Source: a plasmid
Reading direction: 5' to 3' (one strand)
DNA: 64,000 nucleotides
Sequence record: NZ_LR134463.1
Position numbers and translations under genes: made by a program
Part shown: positions 10,561-20,440 of the stretch, piece by piece
Position numbering within the stretch: the first letter of the stretch is position 1
Layout: each line of letters begins with the position of its first letter
Notes under the pieces: model-generated
The model's input: only the letters and a program-made list of their open reading frames with translations
Told to the model about the DNA's origin: nothing
Database searches by the model: none

Positions 10561-11855
10561 GCGCCGGTAGCTTCCAGGCTCCCAAGGGCATTCCCGACTA
10601 CATCCCGGTGCCGTCGGGGGAGAAGAACAGCTCCGCCGACTTCCTCGCCGTGCGCACCGCGCTGCTGCGGGCGACCGCCGAGGCGGGGTACGGCTACATC
10701 GAGCTGCCGATCTTCGAGGACACCACGCTCTTCGCGCGCGGCGTCGGCGAATCTACGGATGTGGTCGCGAAGGAGATGTACACCTTCGCCGACCGCGGCG
10801 ACCGCTCGGTGACGCTGCGCCCCGAGGGCACCGCCGGCGTGGTCCGCGCGGTGCTCCAGCACGGCCTCGACCGCGGCCAGCTGCCCGTGAAGGCCGCGTA
10901 CGCGGGGCCCTTCTTCCGGTACGAGCGTCCCCAGGAGGGCCGCTACCGGCAGCTGCAGCAGGTCGGCATGGAGGCCATCGGTGTGGACGACCCGGCGCTG
11001 GACGCCGAGGTGATCGCGGTGGCGGACCGCGCCTACCGCAGCGTCGGCCTCGACGGCTTCCGGCTGGAGGTCTCGAGCCTCGGCGACGCGACGTGCCGCC
11101 CGCAGTACCGCGCGAAGCTGCAGGAGTTCCTGTTCGCGCTGGACCTCGACGAGGAGACCCGCCGGCGCGCCGAGATCAACCCGCTGCGCGTGCTCGACGA
11201 CAAGCGGCCGGAGGTCAAGGCGATGACGGCCGACGCGCCGCTCATGATCGACAACCTCACGCCGGAGCCGAAGGAGCACTTCGAGAAGGTGCTGGGCTAC
11301 CTCGACGCGATGGGCGTGCCGTACGTCGTGAATCCGCGCCTGGTGCGCGGCCTCGACTACTACACGAAGACCTGCTTCGAGTTCGTCCACGACGGCCTCG
11401 GCGCGCAGTCGGGCATCGGCGGCGGCGGGCGGTACGACGGCCTCGTCGAGCAGCTCGGCGGCCGCGAGGGCGTCACCGGCGTCGGCTTCGGGCTCGGCGT
11501 CGACCGCACGCTCCTCGCCCTCGCCGCGGAGGGCAAGCGCGCCCCGGCGGCGCCGCGCGTCGTGGCCTTCGGCGTGCCGCTCGGCGACGCCGCGCGCGAT
11601 GCGATGGTGCCGTTGCTCGGCCGCCTGCGGTCGGCGGGCGTCGCGTCCGACATGGCCTACGGCAACCGCGCCATGAAGGGCGCGATGAAGGCCGCGGACC
11701 GCTCGGGCGCCCGATTCGCCCTGATCCTGGGGGATGCGGAGCTGGAGCAGGGCGTCGTCATGGTCAAGGATCTGGCGAAGGGCGAGCAGCGGGCCCTCCC
11801 GATCGATACCGTCGTGGACGTGATCGTGACCGAGAGCTCCGAGAGCGCAGGGTAG
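10557..11855 (+). CDS. hisS: histidine--tRNA ligase
   Basis: Class II aaRS motifs, '[12 protein letters not shown]', '[14 protein letters not shown]'; 432 aa. Confidence 0.9.
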   Translation: MSAGSFQAPKGIPDYIPVPSGEKNSSADFLAVRTALLRATAEAGYGYIELPIFEDTTLFARGVGESTDVVAKEMYTFADRGDRSVTLRPEGTAGVVRAVLQHGLDRGQLPVKAAYAGPFFRYERPQEGRYRQLQQVGMEAIGVDDPALDAEVIAVADRAYRSVGLDGFRLEVSSLGDATCRPQYRAKLQEFLFALDLDEETRRRAEINPLRVLDDKRPEVKAMTADAPLMIDNLTPEPKEHFEKVLGYLDAMGVPYVVNPRLVRGLDYYTKTCFEFVHDGLGAQSGIGGGGRYDGLVEQLGGREGVTGVGFGLGVDRTLLALAAEGKRAPAAPRVVAFGVPLGDAARDAMVPLLGRLRSAGVASDMAYGNRAMKGAMKAADRSGARFALILGDAELEQGVVMVKDLAKGEQRALPIDTVVDVIVTESSESAG

Positions 11856-11860
11856 CCCGC

Positions 11861-12553
11861 GTGTCGTCCAGTCCCGCCGAGCCCGGCGCCCGCGATCCGC
11901 GGGAGCTGAGCGCGGAGGACGCCGTCGATGTGGACCTGATCCCGCCCCGCGTGGTGCTGCCGAAGGTGCGGCGCGCGGTGGCCGTGGGGCTCCTGGTGAC
12001 CGTGGTGATCGCGGTGGTCGTCGCGGTCCTCGCCGGGCCGGTGTGGGGCACCGCCGTCCTCGTCGCGGGCGCCGCGCCGGGGCTCGGCGGCTATCTCGGC
12101 GTCGCCCGGCGCCGCGTCGTGCTCGACCACCGCGTGCTCACCCGGAGGACGCTGCGCACGCAGCGCGTGAACCTCATGGACGCCGACGAGGTCGACCTCG
12201 TCGCCGAGGTGGCCCGGCTCGCCCAGGTCTCGCTGCGCATCCGGCACGGCAGGACGACGGTGCGCCTGCCGGTCGCCCTGTACGAGGGGCCCGGCCGCGG
12301 CCGGGTGCGGGGCCGGGAGCTGCCGATGCTGGGCACCCGCAGACTCGCGGAGGCGCTCGACCGCAACCGTCGCGCGGAGGTGCGCGACATCGGGCGCGTG
12401 CTCGCGGAACAGTCCCGGTCGCAGGCCTCGTCGACGCCGATGCGCGACCGACCGCTGTTCCGTGCGGCGGGGATCGCGCGCGAGGTCGGCGGCGCCGAGG
12501 AGCTGGTGTTCACGGCCGACGAGGTGGACGAGATCGCCCGGCCGCCATGGTAG
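11861..12553 (+). CDS. hypothetical membrane protein (230 aa; acidic N-terminus, one long hydrophobic segment, Arg-rich C-terminus)
   Basis: GTG 5 nt after hisS stop; 3' part of a longer spurious ORF (11093..12553) whose 5' part overlaps hisS out of frame; TM 'AVAVGLLVTVVIAVVVAVLAGPVWGTAVLVAGAA'. Confidence 0.45.
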   Translation: MSSSPAEPGARDPRELSAEDAVDVDLIPPRVVLPKVRRAVAVGLLVTVVIAVVVAVLAGPVWGTAVLVAGAAPGLGGYLGVARRRVVLDHRVLTRRTLRTQRVNLMDADEVDLVAEVARLAQVSLRIRHGRTTVRLPVALYEGPGRGRVRGRELPMLGTRRLAEALDRNRRAEVRDIGRVLAEQSRSQASSTPMRDRPLFRAAGIAREVGGAEELVFTADEVDEIARPPW

Positions 12554-12562
12554 ACGCGCGCT

Positions 12563-12600
12563 GTTCGAACACTTGACTCCGATCGAACGAGATGTTCGAA
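12563..12600. promoter_or_regulatory. Cluster of TTCGAA-centred palindromes (TGTTCGAACA ... TCGAAC-gagat-GTTCGA) upstream of radical-SAM gene; LexA/SOS-box-like
   Basis: Perfect 10-bp palindrome TGTTCGAACA at 12563-12572; TCGAACGAGATGTTCGA at 12583-12599 resembles the actinobacterial LexA box TCGAAC-N4-GTTCGA but with a 5-nt spacer. Confidence 0.3.
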
Positions 12601-12607
12601 TAGCGGT

Positions 12608-13648
12608 GTGCGATGGGACGGTCAGCTGCTGAGTGATGCCGGTTCGGGCGTGCGTGCGCTGCCGGGGCTCGAGGGCGTGGGGCGCACGGTCACCACGCCG
12701 GAATTCGAGGGCATCACCTTTCACGAGGTCCTCTGTAAGAGCGCGCTGAACAAGCTGCCCGAGTCCTCGGCGATGCCCTTCTCGTGGACCGTCAACCCGT
12801 ACCGCGGGTGCACGCACGCGTGCACGTACTGCTTCGCGCGGTCGAGTCACGAGTATCTCGAGTTCGATGCGGGCGGGGACTTCGACTCGCAGATCGTGGT
12901 CAAGACGAACCTCGTCCCGGTGCTCAAGAAGGAGCTCCGGCGCGCCTCCTGGCGGGGGGAGCCCGTCGCGCTCGGCACCAACACCGATCCCTATCAGCGC
13001 GCCGAGGGTCGGTACCGGCTGATGCCGGGCGTGATCGGTGCGTTGGCCGGCGCGGGTTCGCCGATCTCCATCCTCACCAAGGGGACGCTCCTGCGGCGCG
13101 ACCTCCCGCTGCTCACGACCGCCGCCACGCGCGTGCCGGTGCAGCTGTCGGTGTCGCTGGCGCTGCTCGACCCGGAGCTGCAGCGCTCGCTCGAACCCGG
13201 AACGCCGAAGCCCGAGGCCCGGCTGGAGCTCATCCGCGCCATCGCGGAGGCGGGTTTCGACTGTCACGTCATGGTCGCCCCGGTCGTGCCCTACCTCACC
13301 GACGACGCCGCCTCGCTGCGTGCGCTCATCGCGGCGCTCGCCGACGCGGGTGCCGCCAGTGCGTCGGTCATGGCGCTGAACCTGACGGGGCGGTACCGGG
13401 ACTGGTTCCTCGGCTGGCTCTCCGAGAACCATCCGATGCTGGTGCGGCGCTACCGCCAGCTGTACGGCTCCACCGGGCGGGTCTCGGCCGACTACCGCAC
13501 GCACCTGCGCGCCCGCGTCACCCCGATGCTCGAGGAGTTCGGCCTGCTGCGCCTGGAGGATCCGTACGCGAGCCCGCCGCAGCGCGTGCCGCGCGCCCCG
13601 CGCGTCGACGGTTCCGCCGCCCCGGACCTGCAGGAGTCGCTCTTCTAG
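12608..13648 (+). CDS. radical SAM protein, Rv2578c/SplB-like ('DNA repair photolyase' family)
   Basis: CxxxCxxC 'CTHACTYC' radical-SAM cluster motif; 346 aa; GTG start. Confidence 0.8.
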   Translation: MRWDGQLLSDAGSGVRALPGLEGVGRTVTTPEFEGITFHEVLCKSALNKLPESSAMPFSWTVNPYRGCTHACTYCFARSSHEYLEFDAGGDFDSQIVVKTNLVPVLKKELRRASWRGEPVALGTNTDPYQRAEGRYRLMPGVIGALAGAGSPISILTKGTLLRRDLPLLTTAATRVPVQLSVSLALLDPELQRSLEPGTPKPEARLELIRAIAEAGFDCHVMVAPVVPYLTDDAASLRALIAALADAGAASASVMALNLTGRYRDWFLGWLSENHPMLVRRYRQLYGSTGRVSADYRTHLRARVTPMLEEFGLLRLEDPYASPPQRVPRAPRVDGSAAPDLQESLF

Positions 13649-13663
13649 ACAGGTGCGTAACCG

Positions 13664-14080
13664 ATGCGTTACGCTTTCGGGGTGAGCGTCTTCGCGGCCA
13701 TCGCCGACCCGGTCCGCCGCCGGATCGTGGTCCTGCTCAGCGGTGCTCCCATGACCGCCGGGCAGATCGCCGCCGAGTTCGACATCAGCCGGCCGGCCGT
13801 CAGTCGCCATCTGCGCGTGCTCCGCGACGCCGGCGTCGTCGAGGGCGGGCCGTCGGGCGACGACGGCCGGGAGCGCTCGTACGCGCTGCGGCTCGCCGCC
13901 CTCGATGAGGTCGACGACTGGCTGGCCCGGGTCCGCGGACCCGCCCGGCTCGGCGGCCTACTCGCTTCGCCCGCGCTCGACACCGAGGTGCGCCGAGCGC
14001 GGCGCGACAACGCTCGCGCGGCGGGTGCCGCGGGGGTATCGACCGAGATCGACCGACCGCACGAACGGGGAACGGCATGA
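13664..14080 (+). CDS. ArsR/SmtB-family transcriptional regulator
   Basis: 'ADPVRRRIVVLLSGAPMTAGQIAAEFDISRPAVSRHLRVLRDAGVV' winged-HTH; ATGA overlap with downstream SRPBCC gene. Confidence 0.8.
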   Translation: MRYAFGVSVFAAIADPVRRRIVVLLSGAPMTAGQIAAEFDISRPAVSRHLRVLRDAGVVEGGPSGDDGRERSYALRLAALDEVDDWLARVRGPARLGGLLASPALDTEVRRARRDNARAAGAAGVSTEIDRPHERGTA

Positions 14081-14565
14081 CCAAGCAGGCGACGGGGCGC
14101 GTGGAATCCACCGGCGACGGGCGCGACCTGATACTCGAGCGCTACTTCGACGCCGGCGTCGACGACGTCTGGGCGTCGATCACCGAGCCCGAGCGCACCG
14201 CGCGGTGGTTCGGCGGCTGGACCGGCGAACCCGGCGTCGGATCGGTCGTGCAGGTGACGATGGGCTTCGAGGAGGGCTCGCCGGTGATGCCCATGACCAT
14301 CACGGCGTGCGAGCCCCCGCGGCGGCTCGGCGTGCACGCGAAGGACGAGTACGGCGAGTGGAACCTCGAAGCGCTCGTCGAGCGCGACGGTGACCGCACG
14401 CGGCTGACCTTCGTTCACCACCTCGATGCCGCGGCGAACGCCGCGGAGGTGGGGCCGGGCTGGGAGTACTACCTCGACGCGCTCGTCGCCGCCGAGAATG
14501 GTAGCGCGGCACCGGATTTCGCGGACTACTTCCCGGCGATGTCCACGCACTACGGCGGCCGGTAG
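14077..14565 (+). CDS. SRPBCC-family protein (AHSA1/Aha1-like, START/Bet-v1 fold)
   Basis: 162 aa, '[31 protein letters not shown]' typical of ArsR-partner SRPBCC proteins. Confidence 0.65.
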   Translation: MTKQATGRVESTGDGRDLILERYFDAGVDDVWASITEPERTARWFGGWTGEPGVGSVVQVTMGFEEGSPVMPMTITACEPPRRLGVHAKDEYGEWNLEALVERDGDRTRLTFVHHLDAAANAAEVGPGWEYYLDALVAAENGSAAPDFADYFPAMSTHYGGR

Positions 14566-14583
14566 CGGGGGTGGCCGTGCATC

Positions 14584-14609
14584 ACTAATGGAAATGATTA
14601 CTATTAGTG
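14584..14609. promoter_or_regulatory. Zur-box-like AT-rich palindrome CACTAATGGAAATGATTACTATTAGTG overlapping start of COG0523 gene
   Basis: Only strongly AT-rich stretch for kilobases; inverted repeat CACTAAT/ATTAGTG flanking TAATGGAAATGATTACTATTA, about 17/21 to actinobacterial Zur box TAATGAAAATGATTTTCATTA; downstream gene is a COG0523 zinc metallochaperone-type GTPase. Confidence 0.45.
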
Positions 14610-15766
14610 GCATGACCGCCTCAGCCCCACTGCCCGTCACCGTCCTCTCCGGCTTCCTCGGCGCCGGCAAGACCACGCTGCTCAACCACCTCCTGACCAA
14701 CCGCGACGGCCTGCGGATCGCGGTGATCGTCAACGACATGAGCGAAGTCAACGTCGATGCCGCGCTCGTCGACCTCGGCGGCTTCGACCGCACCGAGGAG
14801 AAGCTCGTCGAGCTCAGTAACGGGTGCATCTGCTGCACCCTGCGCGAGGACCTCGTCGACGCCGTCGGCGCGATCGCGCGGCAACGCACCCCCGAGGGCG
14901 GACCGCGCTTCGACCATCTCGTCATCGAGTCCACGGGCATCTCCGAGCCGATGCCCGTGGCCGCGACCTTCGACTGGACCTTCGACGACGGCAGCCGCCT
15001 CGGCGACCTCGCCGCCCTCGACACGATGGTCACCGTGGTCGACGCCAGCACGTTCCTCGGCGAGATCGCCCGGGGCACGAGCCTCGCGCAGCGCGGCCTC
15101 GGCGCCGCCGCGGGCGACGAGCGGTCCATCGCCGACCTGCTCATCGACCAGGTCGAGTTCGCCGACGTCGTGCTCATCAGCAAGCTGGACCTGGTCTCCG
15201 CGGCCGCCGGCGGCGCCGTCGAGGCCACCGTCCGCCGGCTCAACCCGCGCGCGCAGGTGCGGCCGCTCCGGCGCGGCGAGATCGCGGTGACCGAGGTGAT
15301 CGGCACCGGCCTGTTCGACCACGACGCCGCGTCCTCGGTCGCGGGCTGGGACGACGAGGTGATCGGCGGCCACACGCCCGAGACGGAGGAGTACGGGATC
15401 TCCTCGATGGCCTACCGGGCCGACCGGCCGTTCCATCCGCAGCGGCTGCTCGAAGCGCTCGCGGACGTCCGTGCCGTGCTCCGGAGCAAGGGTTTCTGCT
15501 GGATCGCGAGCCGTCCGGACCTGGTCGGCGTCTGGTCCCAGGCCGGGCCCAACCTCACCATCGAGCCCGCCGCCTACTGGTCGCAGGTCGACGGTGCGCC
15601 GCAGCAGGAGCTGGTCTTCATCGGCGTGCGGCTCGACGCCGAGCGGATGCGGGCCCTGCTGGACCGCGCCCTGCTCACCGACGACGAGGTCGCCGAGGGG
15701 CCCGCCGCCTGGGTCGAGTACCCGGACCGGCTACCGGCGTGGAACGTGCCGGCGCACCGTCATTGA
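14588..15766 (+). CDS. COG0523-family GTPase (CobW/ZigA/Zng1-like putative zinc metallochaperone)
   Basis: P-loop '[15 protein letters not shown]', CxCC motif 'GCICCTLR', C-terminal CobW_C domain; alternative starts at 14594/14612. Confidence 0.8.
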   Translation: MEMITISGMTASAPLPVTVLSGFLGAGKTTLLNHLLTNRDGLRIAVIVNDMSEVNVDAALVDLGGFDRTEEKLVELSNGCICCTLREDLVDAVGAIARQRTPEGGPRFDHLVIESTGISEPMPVAATFDWTFDDGSRLGDLAALDTMVTVVDASTFLGEIARGTSLAQRGLGAAAGDERSIADLLIDQVEFADVVLISKLDLVSAAAGGAVEATVRRLNPRAQVRPLRRGEIAVTEVIGTGLFDHDAASSVAGWDDEVIGGHTPETEEYGISSMAYRADRPFHPQRLLEALADVRAVLRSKGFCWIASRPDLVGVWSQAGPNLTIEPAAYWSQVDGAPQQELVFIGVRLDAERMRALLDRALLTDDEVAEGPAAWVEYPDRLPAWNVPAHRH

Positions 15767-17310
15767 CCGGCGAGCGCGGCCCGCGCGGCCCCCGTGGCCG
15801 CCGCGGCGACCTCCGGAATCAGGGAGAGCCGCGTGCGGCGCTCGAGCAGGTCCGCCTCGGTGATCGCGCCCTCGACGACGGCACCGAAGACCAGCTCCGC
15901 GCCGGTGACCTCAGTACCCGCGGCGACCGGCGCGGCGAGAGCCGGATCGGTCGCGCCGAGCGCCACCACGGCGGAGGCCTCGGTGCCGTAGGCGCGGACC
16001 AGCCGCTCGGGGGCGTCGATGCGCCGCAGCGCGTCCCGCGTCGCGGCGCCCACCAGGGGGAGCGTCGTGGTGACGCACGGGCCGGCAGGTAGGCCCGACG
16101 TCGCCAGCGCGGCGTCCACCGCGTCCTCCGCCATCCGCCGGTACGTCGTGAGCTTGCCACCGACGACCGTCACCAGGCCGTCGCCGCGGGTGAGCACCGC
16201 GTGCTTGCGGGAGACGTCCGCGGTCCGTCCGGCGCCCGAATCGAGGAGCGGGCGCAGGCCGGCGAAGGTGCCCACCACGTCCTCGCGGGTCAGCGGCGTG
16301 CCGAGGGCGAGGTTCACCGTCGCGAGGAGGAAGTCGATCTCGTCGTCCGAGGGCGTCGGCACGTCGGGGAGCGGGCCGTCGGCCTCCTCGTCCGTGAGGC
16401 CCACGTAGACCCGCCCGTCCGGCTGCGGCAGCGCGAAGACGTACCGCCCGAACGCGCCGGGAACGGGCACCGTCAGGCCCGCAGTGAGCCCGCCGAAACT
16501 CTCCTGCCGGAGGACGAGGTGCGTGCCGCGGCTCGGGCGCAGCGAGATCGCCGGGTCGACGGTGCCCGACCACACGCCGGTCGCGTTGATCACGACCTTC
16601 GCCCGGACGGTGACCGAGTGGCCCGTCAGCCCGTCGGTGACGGTCGCCGCGGTGCCGGTGACCTGCGAGGCGGTGCAATGCGTGAGGATCGTCGCGCCGT
16701 GGCCGGCGGCGGTCCGGGCGATGCCGACCGTGAGCCGGGCGTCGTCGGTGAGCTGTCCGTCCCAGTTGAGGAGCCCGCCGCGCAGGCCCGTGCGGCGCAC
16801 CGTCGGGGCCATGGCGATGACCTCTCCTGCGGAGATCCGGCGGGAGCGGGCGAGTTCGGACGACGGCGTGCGGGCGGCGAGGCGCAGCGCATCGCCCGCG
16901 AGGAAGCCGACGCGGGTGAGCGCGGCGTCCCGGCGCCGGACGTCGCCGAGCAGCGGCACGACCTGCGGCAGGGGGCGGGTCAGGTGCGGCGCGATCACGC
17001 GGATCAGTGCGTCGCGCTCCACGGCGCTCTCGTAGGCGATGCCCACGGCGCCCGAGGCCAGGTACCGCAGGCCTCCGTGCACCAGTTTCGACGACCAGCG
17101 GCTGGTGCCGAAAGCGAGGTCGTGCTTCTCCACCAGCGCGACGCGCAGCCCGCGGCTCGCGGCGTCGAGCGCGACGCCGGTCCCGGTGACGCCGCCGCCG
17201 ATGACCAGCACGTCGACCGACGGGTCGGCCGCCAGCGCGGCGAGGTCGGCGGCGCGGCGGGCGGCCGAGAGCCGTGTGGCCGGATCGATGGTTCCGACGG
17301 TCGCCGTCAC
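15760..17310 (-). CDS. glpD: FAD-dependent glycerol-3-phosphate dehydrogenase
   Basis: N-terminal '[53 protein letters not shown]' GlpD signature; 516 aa; start overlaps TetR stop. Confidence 0.85.
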   Translation of the reverse strand: MTATVGTIDPATRLSAARRAADLAALAADPSVDVLVIGGGVTGTGVALDAASRGLRVALVEKHDLAFGTSRWSSKLVHGGLRYLASGAVGIAYESAVERDALIRVIAPHLTRPLPQVVPLLGDVRRRDAALTRVGFLAGDALRLAARTPSSELARSRRISAGEVIAMAPTVRRTGLRGGLLNWDGQLTDDARLTVGIARTAAGHGATILTHCTASQVTGTAATVTDGLTGHSVTVRAKVVINATGVWSGTVDPAISLRPSRGTHLVLRQESFGGLTAGLTVPVPGAFGRYVFALPQPDGRVYVGLTDEEADGPLPDVPTPSDDEIDFLLATVNLALGTPLTREDVVGTFAGLRPLLDSGAGRTADVSRKHAVLTRGDGLVTVVGGKLTTYRRMAEDAVDAALATSGLPAGPCVTTTLPLVGAATRDALRRIDAPERLVRAYGTEASAVVALGATDPALAAPVAAGTEVTGAELVFGAVVEGAITEADLLERRTRLSLIPEVAAAATGAARAALAGQ

Positions 17311-17915
17311 GGCGCGAGGTACCGGTCGAGGAGGTCGAAGAGCTGGGCGTCGAGAAGATCGGCGGACTCGGTGAAGACCGGCCCGGTGAGCGCCGACGAC
17401 CAGGCGAGCTGCAGCACGACGGCGGCGAGCTCGGCGGGCTCTCCGGCGCGGATGCTGCCGTCGGCCTGCCCGGTGGCGATCCCGCCGGTGATCGCCTCGA
17501 GCTGGGCGCGCGAGGTGCGGCCGGTGCGGTGCAGCAGGTAGGGCATGAGGAACTCGGGGTCGAGCTCGACGATGCGGCGCAGCAGCGGGTGCGAGCGCGC
17601 CGCGGCGGTCACGTGCACGACGGTCCGCGCGATGGTCTCGCGGCCGGTGGCACCGTCGAACAGGCCCATCGAGGAGAGGGCGGCCACGAACTCGCGGGTG
17701 GTGACCGCGGCGGCCAGGGCCTGCACGTTCGGGTAGCGGCGGTAGAGGGTGGCGCGGGAGACCTGCGCGGTGCGGGCGACGTCGGCCATCGTGGTGCGGC
17801 GGATCCCGATGGTGGCCATCAGGTCGCGCGCGGCATCGAGGATCAGCTCGTCGTCGACGGCGTTGGCGGGGCCGCGGGGGGCCGACCCCCGGGGATTGAG
17901 ATCCTGCGACATCAT
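17307..17915 (-). CDS. TetR-family transcriptional regulator
   Basis: HTH 'RRTTMADVARTAQVSRATLYRRYPN'; 202 aa; co-oriented and overlapping with glpD, divergent from FAD-oxidase/DagK. Confidence 0.8.
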   Translation of the reverse strand: MMSQDLNPRGSAPRGPANAVDDELILDAARDLMATIGIRRTTMADVARTAQVSRATLYRRYPNVQALAAAVTTREFVAALSSMGLFDGATGRETIARTVVHVTAAARSHPLLRRIVELDPEFLMPYLLHRTGRTSRAQLEAITGGIATGQADGSIRAGEPAELAAVVLQLAWSSALTGPVFTESADLLDAQLFDLLDRYLAP

Positions 17916-17930
17916 GTGTACAAATGTATC

Positions 17931-19520
17931 ATGACTTCGTCCGAGGTGGATCTGCCCGTCGTCGCCTTCGAGCCCGGCCGCTGGGGTGACCCCGCGAACC
18001 CCATGCACCTGTCCGACTCGGTGCTCGGCGCGCTCACCATGCTCGGCATCGACGGCGGCCCGGGGGAACCGGAGCAGCCCTTCCTCATGCCCTCCCGCGT
18101 CTCCGGCCGCGCCCTCTCCGCCCTGCAGAAGACCGGTGTGACGGTCGCCACCGACGACGCTACCCGGCTCGGCCACCTGCGCGGCTTCTCCACGCCGGAC
18201 CTGCTCAAGTACCGCGCCGGCGACACCTCGGACGCGCCGGACGCGGTCGTGACCCCGACGTCGGCCGAGCAGGTCGCCGCGGTGCTGGCCGTCTGTGCGG
18301 CGAAGGACCTCACGCTGAGCCCGTTCTCCGGCGGCACCTCCGTCACGGGCGGCCTCGCACCCGAGCGGACGCGCCCCGTCGTCGCGCTGGACCTGCGCGG
18401 CCTCACCGGGCTGATCGATCTCGACGCCGTCTCCCAGATCGCCACGCTCGCCGCCGGCACCCGCCTGCCCGAGGCCGAGCGGCTCCTCGCCGAACACGGC
18501 TACGAGCTCGGCCACTTCCCGCAGTCCTACGAGGGCGCCACCGTCGGCGGGTGCGCCGTGACCCGCTCCGCCGGCCAGTCCTCCATCGGCTACGGCCGGT
18601 TCGACGAGATGGTCGTCGGGCTCACCGTCGCGACGCCGCAGGGCGTCGCCGAGATCGGCACCGCGCCCAAGTCCGCCGCCGGCCCGGACCTGCGGCAGCT
18701 GTTCCTCGGGTCCGAGGGCGTCTTCGGCGTCGTCACCGCCGTCCGCGTGCGGGTGCACCCCGTCCCGACGGTCCGCCGCTTCTACGGCTGGCGGTTCCCC
18801 GACTTCGCGGCCGGTGCCAACGCCATGCGGGTGCTCGCGCAGAGCTCCGTCCGCCCGACGGTGCTGCGCCTGTCCGACGAGGCCGAGACCGGCCTCAACC
18901 TCGCGAACCCCGGCGCGGCGGGCAAGGCTGCGGTCGGCGGCTGCCTCATGGTCGTAGGCTTCGAGGGCGACGAGCCCGACGTCGACTGCCGCGACGGCTA
19001 CGTCTCGGCGCGCCTGATCGAGCTGGGCGGCGAGTTCCTCGGCGAGGAGCCGGGGGAGGCCTGGCGCGCCGGCCGGTTCCGCGGCCCCTACCTCCGGGAT
19101 CCGCTCCTCGACGCGGGCGCGCTGGTCGAGACGCTGGAGACCGTCACCTTCTGGTCGAACGTCGAGCGGCTCAAGGCCGACGTGACCGCCGCGCTCACCG
19201 GCGCGCTCGGCGAGCAGGGCACCCCCGCCGTGGTCATGTGCCACATCTCGCACGTCTACCCGACGGGCGCGTCGCTGTACTTCACGGTGATCGCGAAGGC
19301 CCTGCCCGATCCGCTCGCCCAGTGGGGCGCCGCGAAGACCGCCGCCAACGCCGCGATCCGCGCCGCCGGTGCGTCCATCACGCATCACCACGCCGTCGGC
19401 ACCGACCACCGCGCCACCTACCTGGAGGAGATCGGCGACGTACAGGTCACCGCCCTGCGCGCGATCAAGGACGCCCTCGACCCGCAGGGCGTGCTCAACC
19501 CCGGGATCCTGCTCCCGTGA
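17931..19520 (+). CDS. FAD-binding oxidoreductase (FAD-linked oxidase family, AGPS/GlcD-like)
   Basis: FAD_binding_4 domain 'VVTPTSAEQVAAVLAVCAAKDLTLSPFSGGTSVTGG', 'LRQLFLGSEGVFGVVTAV'; ATG at 17931 only 15 bp from divergent TetR start. Confidence 0.8.
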   Translation: MTSSEVDLPVVAFEPGRWGDPANPMHLSDSVLGALTMLGIDGGPGEPEQPFLMPSRVSGRALSALQKTGVTVATDDATRLGHLRGFSTPDLLKYRAGDTSDAPDAVVTPTSAEQVAAVLAVCAAKDLTLSPFSGGTSVTGGLAPERTRPVVALDLRGLTGLIDLDAVSQIATLAAGTRLPEAERLLAEHGYELGHFPQSYEGATVGGCAVTRSAGQSSIGYGRFDEMVVGLTVATPQGVAEIGTAPKSAAGPDLRQLFLGSEGVFGVVTAVRVRVHPVPTVRRFYGWRFPDFAAGANAMRVLAQSSVRPTVLRLSDEAETGLNLANPGAAGKAAVGGCLMVVGFEGDEPDVDCRDGYVSARLIELGGEFLGEEPGEAWRAGRFRGPYLRDPLLDAGALVETLETVTFWSNVERLKADVTAALTGALGEQGTPAVVMCHISHVYPTGASLYFTVIAKALPDPLAQWGAAKTAANAAIRAAGASITHHHAVGTDHRATYLEEIGDVQVTALRAIKDALDPQGVLNPGILLP

Positions 19521-20398
19521 CCGCCACCGACGTCATCGCCGTCCTCAACCCGATCTCCGGCGGCGGGGTCGCGCGCACGCGGTGGGCCGCCGTCGCCGAG
19601 GAGCTCGCCCGCCGGGACGTCTCCACGGAGGTCGTCGAGTCCACCTCCGGCACCGACGCCCGCGGGCGCGCCGAGGAGGCCGCTGCCTCGGGCGCGCTGA
19701 CCGTCGCGGTCGGCGGCGACGGCCAGATCCGTGAGGTCGCCACCGGCGTGCTCCGCGTTCCCGGCGCGCCGATGGGCATCGTCACCGCCGGCCGCGGCAA
19801 CGACATGGCTCGCCACCTGCGGATCCCCGACGATCCGTCCGCCATCGCCGACGTGCTCACCGACGGCCGGCGCAAGGACCTCGACGTGCTCACCGTCGGC
19901 GACGAGATCGCCGTCGGCAACGTCTACGTCGGCCTGGACTCCGTCGCCACCGAGCTCATCAACAAGCTGCGCTGGATGGGGCCGCTCGCGTACCGCGTCG
20001 CCCCGGCGATCGCGGCGCTCCGCTGGAAGCCGGCCGGTTTCCGCATCGAGGTCGACGGTGCCGCCTACGAGGGCCCGGTGCACATGGTCGTGGTCGCCAA
20101 CTCCGGCTGGTACGGCAGCGGCCTCCACATGGTCCCCGCCGCCGCGTCCGACAACGGCCGGATCGACGTGCTCGCCGTCGACGGCGCCGGGAACAAGCTC
20201 AAGCTCATCAGTGCGATGGGGGAGGCGAAGACGGGCGCGCACGTCGCGCGGGCGGAGGTGCTGACGTTCAGCGGCCAGGAGGTGCTCGTGAGTGCCGACC
20301 GCCCGATCCCCGTCCACGCCGACGGCGACTACCTGCAGGAGCTTCCCGTCACCGTCGGGATCCGCAAGGCCGTCCTCCCGGTCCTCGTGCCCCGCTGA
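19517..20398 (+). CDS. dagK: diacylglycerol/lipid kinase (DAGK_cat family; Mtb Rv2252-like)
   Basis: 'VIAVLNPISGGG', 'LTVAVGGDGQIREVATGV', 'GIVTAGRGNDMARHL' DAGK catalytic motifs; GTGA overlap with upstream oxidase. Confidence 0.8.
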   Translation: MTATDVIAVLNPISGGGVARTRWAAVAEELARRDVSTEVVESTSGTDARGRAEEAAASGALTVAVGGDGQIREVATGVLRVPGAPMGIVTAGRGNDMARHLRIPDDPSAIADVLTDGRRKDLDVLTVGDEIAVGNVYVGLDSVATELINKLRWMGPLAYRVAPAIAALRWKPAGFRIEVDGAAYEGPVHMVVVANSGWYGSGLHMVPAAASDNGRIDVLAVDGAGNKLKLISAMGEAKTGAHVARAEVLTFSGQEVLVSADRPIPVHADGDYLQELPVTVGIRKAVLPVLVPR

Positions 20399-20440
20399 TC
20401 CGTGGCGTACTCGGGCGGCCGTACGAGGAGCAGGGCCGCG

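Noticed and set aside
11093-11860. 5' two-thirds of ORF 11093..12553 (486 aa) overlapping hisS
   Set aside because: Out-of-frame overlap with a strongly supported hisS; only the 3' 230 codons beginning at GTG 11861, 5 nt after the hisS stop, are plausible coding sequence
12583-12599. Calling the TCGAAC-gagat-GTTCGA element a canonical LexA box
   Set aside because: Spacer is 5 nt rather than the 4 nt of the actinobacterial SOS box; kept only as SOS-box-like hypothesis
17274-17930. N-terminal extensions of ORFs 17274..19520, 18551..20398, 27286..30135, 37473..38900, 42458..44290, 44196..45971 and 47952..49517
   Set aside because: Read-through upstream of the true starts; the extensions are Arg/Gly-rich, overlap neighbouring genes, and the real starts are marked by GTGA/ATGA coupling or SD sequences
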